DNA from: a virus
IMG/VR virus record: IMGVR_UViG_3300036783_000164
Coordinates: 1-50,874 of that record
Reading direction: 5' to 3' (one strand)
DNA length: 50,874 nucleotides
Shown here: piece by piece, positions 1-6,707 of the stretch
Numbering within the stretch: the stretch's first letter is position 1
How the letters are laid out: each line of letters opens with the position of its first letter
Made by a program: the position numbers and the translations under genes
The notes under the pieces: model-generated
Told to the model about the DNA's origin: nothing
The model's input: the letters and a program-made list of their open reading frames with translations, nothing else
The model's database searches: none

Positions 1-112
1 TGCTCAAGATGAATTCGAAGAACTAATAACTCAATTTAGAGAAAAAGACCCAGAAAAACAAAAAGAGATTATGAAATTATTTAAAGACTTAATGAAAATA
101 ACAGGCGATTGA
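1..112 (+). CDS. 3' end of the CI-like XRE repressor gene (duplicate copy of 50748-50859)
   Basis: Same reading frame and sequence as the end of ORF 50473..50859, ending ...KITGD then TGA at 110-112. Confidence 0.7.
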   Translation, partial: AQDEFEELITQFREKDPEKQKEIMKLFKDLMKITGD

Positions 113-127
113 TAGCTTTAGAAGCTA
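1..127. repeat. Terminal overlap identical to 50748-50874 (circular contig closure)
   Basis: The window starts tgctcaagatgaattcgaag. The same string restarts at 50748 and runs to the last base, an offset of 50747. Confidence 0.9.
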
Positions 128-148
128 CCGATCGCCTTTTTCATTTTT
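104..148 (+). terminator. Rho-independent terminator after the CI-like gene, overlapping the 3' end of the convergent small ORF
   Basis: Imperfect inverted repeat ggcgattgatagctt / aagctaccgatcgcc followed by tttttcattttt. Confidence 0.45.
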
Positions 149-267
149 AATATAATTTCAAGTGATTTTTCATCACCTTCGTGTGCCGCTTTCATAACCC
201 CTAATAATTGTGATTCGAATTCTGCTACCTCTGTTACTACCACGTCTTCTAAGTTCTCTTTTTTCAT
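118..267 (-). CDS. Small 49-aa ORF in the aimX position (downstream of aimP)
   Basis: Hand translation gives MKKENLEDVVVTEVAEFESQLLGVMKAAHEGDEKSLEIILKMKKAIGSF. A GGGGG Shine-Dalgarno lies 8 nt upstream. The ORF is below the 60-aa track cutoff. Confidence 0.4.
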   Translation of the reverse strand: MKKENLEDVVVTEVAEFESQLLGVMKAAHEGDEKSLEIILKMKKAIGSF

Positions 268-299
268 CCCTAAAACCCCCATTTTTTATTTATGTAATT

Positions 300-315
300 T
301 GTGAATCGATTCACA
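300..315. promoter_or_regulatory. Perfect 16-bp palindrome TGTGAATCGATTCACA (operator-like)
   Basis: Read directly. It lies between the aimP end and the small ORF start and shares the GTGAA/TTCAC half-site with palindromes in the immunity region. Confidence 0.4.
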
Positions 316-338
316 ATGTTTTCTCGAATATAGAATTT

Positions 339-355
339 GATATTTAGGAAATATC
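339..355. promoter_or_regulatory. Palindrome GATATTT-agg-AAATATC
   Basis: Read directly: 7-bp arms with a 3-bp spacer, just upstream (minus sense) of a TATATT -10-like hexamer. Confidence 0.3.
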
Positions 356-367
356 CCTAGAAACAGC

Positions 368-401
368 GAATGCGATTGCCTCTGTTGAGACAATCGCATT
401 C
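368..401. promoter_or_regulatory. 11-bp inverted repeat GAATGCGATTG-N12-CAATCGCATTC (candidate AimR operator or aimRP terminator hairpin)
   Basis: Perfect arms read directly, about 40 nt downstream of the aimP stop. No clear U-run follows on the minus strand. Confidence 0.35.
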
Positions 402-437
402 TTAATATTTATATTACAATCCTGATAAAATGGGATA

Positions 438-587
438 TTATCCCATTCCACCTCCGGGATCGACCATCATTCTATACGTATTTTCTTGAACAACCTTCGC
501 TGATTGCTCCTTTTGATCTTTAGCAGGAGATATGTATAGTACTCCAACTAGAGTCAATGTCGCTACAATAGCTAACACTTTTTTCAT
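438..587 (-). CDS. aimP: AimP-like arbitrium propeptide, 49 aa
   Basis: Hand translation gives MKKVLAIVATLTLVGVLYISPAKDQKEQSAKVVQENTYRMMVDPGGGMG. It has an N-terminal signal-like hydrophobic segment. Its ATG overlaps the aimR TGA (ATGA). Confidence 0.7.
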   Translation of the reverse strand: MKKVLAIVATLTLVGVLYISPAKDQKEQSAKVVQENTYRMMVDPGGGMG

Positions 588-1810
588 TTAGCATCACCCA
601 TATATATTATACCATTTTTATTAAAATCTACCAACATTTTTCTCGGTAATTTGCTGTAAAATCTGTTCCCTGCGCACTCGAAATCCACTATTGACTCTTC
701 TATCAATTTAATGTCTTTCAACGCATAACCTAAAATGCATTTTTTCATAGGACTTAACTTACCGTCTTTTCTTTCGCATTCCTTTAAAAGTTTAATCGCT
801 ACATCAGACTTTCCGATTAGCGCTTGGTAAAAAGCTTCTTCGCACACATTATAGATTTTAATTTCCTCTATCCCTTTATTACAGACAAGTTTAATAAACG
901 CGAAAGTATTTATAACACTTTCTTTTCTTTTTATCACTCTTTCAAAATGGCATGCGTCTAACATTTCTAACGATTTATTGATATACCAAGAAGCTCTTTC
1001 GTAACTTTCGAAAGTGTAAGACTCTGCAAGATATACTAAAGCTGATGCTCTTAAAAGAGAAAAACAATTTTTTTCGTCTTTTAAATTCATTATTTCATGA
1101 CACAACTCTCTGGATTTCTCGACGTTATCTTGCATTAAATAAGCGTAAGACAACCCTTCTTTAATTCTTCCTGAATATGCCGTTCTAATGAAATCATCTG
1201 GGATTTCTTCGACTTTTGGTTGCAATACTTCAGCATATTCAAACAATGAATTAAATTTTTCTAAATCATACATCGTATAGAAAGTTAGTATTCCATATAA
1301 CACTTTCATTTCTTGTGTCTTAATTACCTTACTTCTCTTACGGTCTTCTAATTTCTCTAATAATCCCTTACCACTAACGACACCCTTATTTCGCATCCAT
1401 ACCAATTCATATACATAAGCCCATTCTCTATTCATCGCCAACGAAGATGTTTTTTCTATATCTACAATCAACTTTAATAATTCTAAGTCACCAATTGCAT
1501 TGGCATATTCCATTGCAATTCGCATATTTTGTTTGCTCGTTGTAACTGAACAAAACTTATGTAGCATTTCTTTCTTTTTTAAAGCGTCGTCACCATACAA
1601 GATGTTAAGCAACTTAATCATATTCCAAAAATTAAATTGGCTCTTGCCTGACAAGTTTTTGGAAAACGATCCGCCTTTGATACCTAACTCCTTCGCAATA
1701 TCTTCTTGATTCCTTCTTTGAAAATCAATTCCATCAATAAGTTTGTTCAAAAATCCCCTTAATGCTTTCTTTTTCAATTCCTCTTGTTTTTGTTTAAGTG
1801 TCTGATCCAT
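584..1810 (-). CDS. aimR: AimR-like arbitrium receptor / HTH-TPR transcription regulator
   Basis: N-terminal HTH (EDIAKELGIKGGSFSKNLSG) followed by an all-helical TPR-like body. Segments recall phi3T AimR: AMEYANAIGDLE vs ALEYADANMFFE, and IKTQEMKVLYGILTFYTMYDLEKF vs IKTPEMNSFSRLLLLYHYLSTGNF. The ATG at 1810 is preceded by AAGGAG. Confidence 0.8.
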   Translation of the reverse strand: MDQTLKQKQEELKKKALRGFLNKLIDGIDFQRRNQEDIAKELGIKGGSFSKNLSGKSQFNFWNMIKLLNILYGDDALKKKEMLHKFCSVTTSKQNMRIAMEYANAIGDLELLKLIVDIEKTSSLAMNREWAYVYELVWMRNKGVVSGKGLLEKLEDRKRSKVIKTQEMKVLYGILTFYTMYDLEKFNSLFEYAEVLQPKVEEIPDDFIRTAYSGRIKEGLSYAYLMQDNVEKSRELCHEIMNLKDEKNCFSLLRASALVYLAESYTFESYERASWYINKSLEMLDACHFERVIKRKESVINTFAFIKLVCNKGIEEIKIYNVCEEAFYQALIGKSDVAIKLLKECERKDGKLSPMKKCILGYALKDIKLIEESIVDFECAGNRFYSKLPRKMLVDFNKNGIIYMGDAK

Positions 1811-1920
1811 CAAATTTGCTCCTTCTGGAACAAAGACGCTTCGCTCTTTCCCTCAAATTTTAAACAGGAAATTCATACCATAGTAATGCTTTAGTAATAT
1901 CGGCATGTTATAATGTAAGT

Positions 1921-2034
1921 GTTACTCGTGTAGTAACCGAAAAGAGACTTATGGCAGATGTTCCCCTTTGTGAGTCGGGCGAACGGTACAAGCAGTGCTC
2001 GCAACACTCTTGTACACGCTGTGAGTCTTTTTTT
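1921..2034 (+). ncRNA. Candidate small RNA (extended -10 promoter to T-run)
   Basis: TGtTATAAT at 1906-1914. A 5' hairpin GTTACT-cgtgt-AGTAAC (1921-1937). A hairpin at about 1986-2015. AAAAGAGACT (1940-1949) can pair with AGTCTTTTTT (2024-2033). T7 run at 2028-2034. No credible ORF. Confidence 0.3.
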
Positions 2035-2341
2035 CGTTCCGTTTATTTTAATGTTTTCATAATACCACATTTTTCCCAAAATTCAGTCGTGTAGTTATCA
2101 GACAATTGTTGAGAAAGTTGAGAAACCGCTTCAAATCAACGTTTCTAAGTGATGTAAAAATAAAATATGCAAATATGCATGGAACGTATAAAAGACTTCA
2201 CATGCATATATTACCATAAAATCGAACTTTTGTTCTATTTTTATTATATTTTTTAGTTGTTAAACGACTAAAATCGCCGTTTGGTTAATAAAACAACTTA
2301 TTGTAGTAGTATGATAGTTCAATATTTATACTTAAATTACT

Positions 2342-2686
2342 ATGATAATCTTTGGACAAACTTTAAAACAGTTAAGAAAGTCGCGTGATTTAACACAAGC
2401 AGAGTTAGCTGAAACTCTTAATTTAAGTCAGAGTCAAATTAAGAATTGGGAAACTGGTCGATTTCAACCGGATATTCAAACTTTAGCGAGTATCGCCTCC
2501 TTTTTCAATGTTTCTTTAGACGTCCTTGTAGGTTTCTCTAACAATTTCGAGGATGAACCAATACAACAAGTCATTTCTGAAGCTAGGTCAACGTATGGGG
2601 CGTTAGACGATGCTCAGAAAGAGCGCTTTTGTAATCAAGTGTTGTTGTTTATTCGAATGATTAAAGATAACCAAGAAACGTTCTGA
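2342..2686 (+). CDS. XRE-family HTH transcriptional regulator
   Basis: LKQLRKSRDLTQAELAETLNLSQSQIKNWETGRFQPDIQTLASIASFFNVSLDVLVG is a canonical HTH_3 pattern. No obvious SD. A TATACT hexamer 9 nt upstream suggests a possibly leaderless mRNA. Confidence 0.8.
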   Translation: MIIFGQTLKQLRKSRDLTQAELAETLNLSQSQIKNWETGRFQPDIQTLASIASFFNVSLDVLVGFSNNFEDEPIQQVISEARSTYGALDDAQKERFCNQVLLFIRMIKDNQETF

Positions 2687-2880
2687 TTTGATTTCATTGT
2701 AGAAGAAAAGTTTTCCAATGAATAGTGGTAAAATTTGACATAATTTGACCAATTGTGGTAAGAGGGCATATTGCTCTCTTTTTTTATTTTCATTCGACAA
2801 AATATGACAAAATAGTTGTAACTGGATTTGTTATGCTTAAATTGAAAATCTTACATTTTAGAAAGAAAGGATGCAATGTT

Positions 2881-3420
2881 ATGGGCTTTAAGTTTAGAAA
2901 AAGTATCAAAGTTGCTCCTGGAGTTAAAGTGAATCTAAGTAGTAAAGGTGTGGGAATGAGTGTAGGAGGAAAGGGTGCTCGTGTCAGCGTAGGCCCATCA
3001 GGTACTAGAGTTACCTCTTCAATTCCAGGCACTGGACTTTCTTACGAAAAACGTATTAGTAATAAAAAGAATAGAACTATCCAAAAGAGATCAGCTCAAG
3101 AATATCAGGAACAATATTACCCTGGTACATATGAAGTTAATACTTTCCAAACAAAAGATAATAAGTTAAATCATGGCGCTAGAAAATTAATGAAACCATT
3201 TTTCATAATTTCAATAATTTCTAGTATTATTTCAGCGATTTTATTACCACCTATTTTCGCTATAGTTTTTGCTGTATATAGTTTCTTTTGTTATAAAAAC
3301 TTCAAGGTGCCACACTCCGCGATATGTCCTGGTTGTAATAAGGAAAATACAATGTTATTCAAACGTAAAAAGATAAAATGTATCAAGTGTAGAAGTACAC
3401 TCAATATTAAAAATAAATAA
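2881..3420 (+). CDS. DUF4236-like protein with C-terminal TM segment and zinc ribbon
   Basis: MGFKFRKSIKVAPGVKVNLSSKGVGMSVGGKGARVSVGPSG matches the DUF4236 signature from memory. Hydrophobic FFIISIISSIISAILLPPIFAIVFAV, then CPGC...CIKC. Start moved to the internal ATG at 2881. Confidence 0.65.
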   Translation: MGFKFRKSIKVAPGVKVNLSSKGVGMSVGGKGARVSVGPSGTRVTSSIPGTGLSYEKRISNKKNRTIQKRSAQEYQEQYYPGTYEVNTFQTKDNKLNHGARKLMKPFFIISIISSIISAILLPPIFAIVFAVYSFFCYKNFKVPHSAICPGCNKENTMLFKRKKIKCIKCRSTLNIKNK

Positions 3421-3453
3421 ACTCACTACAAGATTATAGCTGGAGGACGTTTT

Positions 3454-4320
3454 ATGAAAATATCTAATAAAGCGCTGAGTATAAGTGGTATAGCAATTCT
3501 GCTTATACTCTTTGTAAGAGGAATCTATAATAGTATCAATATGTTTGGTGACACTGAATATGGATTTGGATATATTTTAGGGCAAGCAATTGGAGGAACT
3601 TTAGCCTGGTTTAGTATTATTGCATTCATCGTATCTTTAATTTTCTTGGTTATTGGTATTGTGAAGAAAATCAAAAAAACAGGGACTAGAAAACTATTCA
3701 TTACATCAGCTGTTTCGTTTGGAATATCTGTTGCATCTATAGCTATACTTACAGGGATTAGTTTTGTGACTGGTAACATAGAAATTGAACATGAAAAGAT
3801 AGCTGAACAGAAAAAGAAAGATGATGAATATTTAATGGCTGCAGCTAACTTTTACAATGACATTGATTCATTTGAAATGTATTCAACTCTGGTTTTATCC
3901 GGATACTCCAATACATGGTCTGAAGCAATTAAAAACCAAAAAGATTTTAATGTGGAATTAGTTTCTAAAAAAAACGAATCTGAGACCTTGGTCAATCATG
4001 GTGATTTACTCCATACCGAAATGGGGCAACAATTAAAACTAGTTTCAGAGGCTTCTAAAGAACACCCAAAAGAATATAAAGAAGTGTATGAAGAATATAA
4101 AAAGATATATAGCATTATAACGGCGCTCAATGAACAAATGACTTCACCTACTGGTAGCTTAATTTCATTTAATCAGAATGTTAATGCTTTAATTCAAGAA
4201 TATAAAAAGGCTCAAGGGAGTATTAAAATAGCAATTACAGATGAAATTAAAAGTAAATCTGAACAAATCGAAGAATCCAGAACAAAAAAAGCTAATGAAA
4301 CAAAAGTGAATAAAATATAG
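3454..4320 (+). CDS. Membrane protein with long C-terminal coiled-coil/helical domain
   Basis: Three or four hydrophobic segments in the first 110 aa, then a charged helical region. SD ggagga lies upstream. Confidence 0.65.
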   Translation: MKISNKALSISGIAILLILFVRGIYNSINMFGDTEYGFGYILGQAIGGTLAWFSIIAFIVSLIFLVIGIVKKIKKTGTRKLFITSAVSFGISVASIAILTGISFVTGNIEIEHEKIAEQKKKDDEYLMAAANFYNDIDSFEMYSTLVLSGYSNTWSEAIKNQKDFNVELVSKKNESETLVNHGDLLHTEMGQQLKLVSEASKEHPKEYKEVYEEYKKIYSIITALNEQMTSPTGSLISFNQNVNALIQEYKKAQGSIKIAITDEIKSKSEQIEESRTKKANETKVNKI

Positions 4321-4555
4321 ATTTTGTTCACTTTTACGATACATTTATGAAACATTTATATGTTACGTTATATAAGTCCTTTTTTTGAATCATTTTCATT
4401 CTGTCAAAAAGTCCCAGTCCCCTCTAGGGCTTTTTACGTTTAAATAGAGAAGTGTAGCATATTTCTCAATGCATAAAATTACTTAACATGGTAAAATAAC
4501 ATTTGGATTAGCGTCCAATACATATTATTAAAATTAAAGTGGTTCAAGTCGGAGG

Positions 4556-4580
4556 AAGGCACCTTAGGGTGTCTTTTCTT
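4556..4580 (+). terminator. Rho-independent terminator for the 2342-4320 operon
   Basis: AAGGCACC-ttag-GGTGTCTT followed by ttctttat. Confidence 0.5.
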
Positions 4581-4582
4581 TA

Positions 4583-4611
4583 TAAAAAATCCCCTACACA
4601 TAAGAAGGGGA
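4583..4611 (-). terminator. Rho-independent terminator for gene 4624-5193
   Basis: On the minus strand, TCCCCT-tcttatgtgt-AGGGGA followed by TTTTTTAT. Confidence 0.55.
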
Positions 4612-4623
4612 CATACAAGATTT

Positions 4624-5193
4624 CTATATAATAACATCATCTTTATTTAAAATTTTTATAGCTTTTTTATTAATCTTTGCAACCTCTTTACTTATCAAAG
4701 GTAAATCAAATTCATGATCTTTGAATGTTATTTTTAATTCTTCTTTATCGAAAAACTTAAGATGAGTATCTGGATCTATATCGAATCTATCTTTAACCCC
4801 AATACAAGCGTTAGTATATACATTAGATTTAGAACTTCTCGACCAATCAAACATTTTTTCATCAAAATGTTCAAAGCAATTCCTTACTTTTCTAGATTTT
4901 AATGGAGAATCATCAGTAACTTTTAAAATGTTTCTTAAATATTCTCTATCACGATCCTCGTCTTCTTTTTTCTTTCTCTCCTCATCATTCCTTGGATTTT
5001 TAAATGAACCCCATAATAACTTTGCTATATTAGCACTAGAATTTAAAAAAGACTGAGCATAAAACCAAAAGGCTCCTGCATCTACCTCATATTCTTGATT
5101 CAAGGCATTTTCCATTCCTTCAGTTGCATAAGAAACAAACTCACATTGAAGGTTTATTTCCAGTAAAAAAGCATGTTTAGTTAATTCATTCAT
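4624..5193 (-). CDS. Hypothetical protein with HEPN-like Rx4H motif (candidate RNase/abortive-infection-type moron)
   Basis: 189 aa, predicted all-helical. RNCFEH (R-x4-H) lies in the C-terminal half and an acidic/basic linker is in the middle. The gene is monocistronic with its own terminator. Confidence 0.55.
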   Translation of the reverse strand: MNELTKHAFLLEINLQCEFVSYATEGMENALNQEYEVDAGAFWFYAQSFLNSSANIAKLLWGSFKNPRNDEERKKKEDEDRDREYLRNILKVTDDSPLKSRKVRNCFEHFDEKMFDWSRSSKSNVYTNACIGVKDRFDIDPDTHLKFFDKEELKITFKDHEFDLPLISKEVAKINKKAIKILNKDDVII

Positions 5194-5439
5194 AAGACCA
5201 CTCCTTTAAATGATTATAAAATTTCACATACTATATCTTAATTATAAACACAAATTCCAAAGCAAGTCATTTTATAATCATCTACCACCTTTATCCTCTA
5301 ACCAAGTAAGTAGTAAATCCTTTATTTATTCCTCTATCTTAGTGAGTCATTCCCCCAGAACTTAAACAATCTCGTATTTTTCATCTTTTCTTCATAATTA
5401 ATCTTGACTGAAGGTCTTGAGGGTTTTTATCATGTGGGA

Positions 5440-6210
5440 ACGATTATGGAACACGGCTGGAAGGCAGATTTATCCCCTACTTTGAAAGACTACAAATAGA
5501 GTAATCAGTCAAAATAGATGGATAAGCGTCTTTGTTTTCGCCATGCGGTCACTTATAAGGTATCCGTATGTATAGACCCTGTTCACTCAGCGATCTTCAT
5601 CGCATACATCCTTTTACTATGGCTTGTCCTTGTAATATCGTCCCTACACGACAAACTGAATGCACTCCCTAGCACCGTGATGCTAACGATAACCACCCGA
5701 ACCTTTTAGAGAATCGTCCCTGGGTAAGTTCTCACCCACCCCCACCAGAAGAACAGGATTCCAATGAGGGGTGCTGTTTTTGTAGGCGCATACTCTGTAC
5801 CCCCTGCACGACCAACAGCTAGCCACGCACGTAACACGTTCCTCCTATATATAGCAGCACGGAATTACGGCTTATCAGTTTTTATTTACGTGGTATCAGG
5901 CAATTCCACGCGAACAAAAAACAAAAAGGCATCTCCAATACCTAAAATGGCCTGTAGATCCACAAGACTTCTAGGTTTAGAGATGCCCGCTATATATCTT
6001 TTGACTACAAAAAATACAATTCTAGCATTTACTAGTTGAATTTTAGTCAAACAATAGATAAAATGGGTATATCAAAGAAGCCTCGTGAAAAGGCATAATT
6101 GTTTAAGATAGTGGTGGTACACTACTTAAACCGAAATTCTGTATGGGTACAGATTAGTTCTAGCAAAGTCATTCCCGCTAATGGTTGGCGCCAATAGCAT
6201 ATGGGAGTGG
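5440..6210. ncRNA. Candidate large structured non-coding RNA or other non-coding element (strand unresolved)
   Basis: More than 1 kb without a credible ORF, and visibly more G+C-rich than the flanks. Long-range 8-bp pair GGCATCTC (5928-5935) / GAGATGCC (5980-5987). Hairpins GCGAT-cttc-ATCGC and TAGCA-ccgtga-TGCTA. Possible promoter TTGACT-N18-TATCAT near 5404-5433 (+). Confidence 0.3.
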
Positions 6211-6388
6211 CTTTTTGTTTTGTGTTCATATTCAATTGTTTTGTTCAATCTATTTATATAGATTTGATTTATCAAATTATGTTTTGTTTTGTAGAATGTT
6301 GCTTGTTGTTTATTACGTTACAACAGGCTTTTTTGTTTGTAAATACCTCTATAAGTGTGTTTATGGCATCTAATCAATTTAATTGAAG

Positions 6389-6505
6389 GATAAAAAGATA
6401 CAAAGATAAAAAGATACATTTATCCTTAGATACAAAGATACATAGTTCTCCTTTGTGTATCTTTAGATACAAAGATAAAAAGATACAAAGATAAAAAGAT
6501 ACATC
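6389..6505. repeat. Array of AAGATACA / AAAGATAAAAAGATACA direct repeats with one inverted copy (centromere/iteron-like)
   Basis: Read directly: gataaaaagatacaaagataaaaagatacatttatccttagatacaaagataca...gtgtatctttagatacaaagataaaaagatacaaagataaaaagataca. Confidence 0.85.
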
Positions 6506-6577
6506 TATTAACGCTGATTTTATAGGGTTTTTATTAAAAGTTATGTACACGAAAAATAGGGTTAATCTATTAAACAT

Positions 6578-6600
6578 AAAAAAAGATACATTTATCCTTT
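6578..6600. repeat. Copy of AAAAGATACATTTATCCTT unit
   Basis: The same 19-mer occurs at about 6410-6428, 6581-6600 and 6650-6668. Confidence 0.8.
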
Positions 6601-6638
6601 TACTTTTTGTACAAGCTCGTGTTATTATCAATTCGAGA

Positions 6639-6669
6639 ATAAAAAGATAAAAAGATACATTTATCCTTT
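6639..6669. repeat. Copy of AAAAGATAAAAAGATACATTTATCCTT unit immediately upstream of parA
   Basis: Read directly. It lies about 40 bp upstream of the parA GTG start. Confidence 0.8.
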
Positions 6670-6707
6670 GTTACATTTATATTACAATTTTAAAAGGAGC
6701 GATTCCT

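Noticed and set aside
1-127. Terminal direct repeat as a biological feature (DTR, LTR or IS end)
   Set aside because: The repeat cuts through the middle of the CI-like gene and is exactly identical. This is what a circular contig written with an assembler overlap looks like. The phage also has a cos-type packaging module located elsewhere.
1891-2079. Minus-strand 62-aa ORF in the aimR upstream region
   Set aside because: It has no SD and an implausible sequence. It overlaps a plus-strand promoter, hairpin and T-run unit that is better explained as an RNA or regulatory region.
2755-2880. N-terminal extensions offered by the ORF track (also 10739-10795, 28779-28877, 37926-37982, 50473-50508, 11160-11258)
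   Set aside because: In each case an internal ATG with a proper Shine-Dalgarno matches the start of the conserved domain. The extensions overlap upstream genes or lack ribosome-binding sites.
4530-4556. GGTTCAAGTC string resembling a tRNA T-loop (possible att relic)
   Set aside because: The flanks cannot form a T-stem or an acceptor stem. An isolated 10-mer match is not enough.
5518-6386. Track ORFs 5518-5709, 5764-6039, 6185-6373 and 6201-6386
   Set aside because: They have no Shine-Dalgarno sequences and an odd composition (Cys/Phe/Leu-rich or Arg/Ala-rich). They overlap one another in a tract that behaves as non-coding.
6374-6631. Minus-strand 85-aa ORF
   Set aside because: It lies entirely within the AAGATACA repeat arrays, and its repetitive peptide (LSLYL...) is an artefact of translating the repeats.
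6389-6669. Short repeat arrays that might be mistaken for a CRISPR array
   Set aside because: The units are only 8-19 bp and sit contiguous or irregularly spaced, without unique spacers of uniform length. There are no cas genes. The layout fits centromere or iteron repeats around parA.
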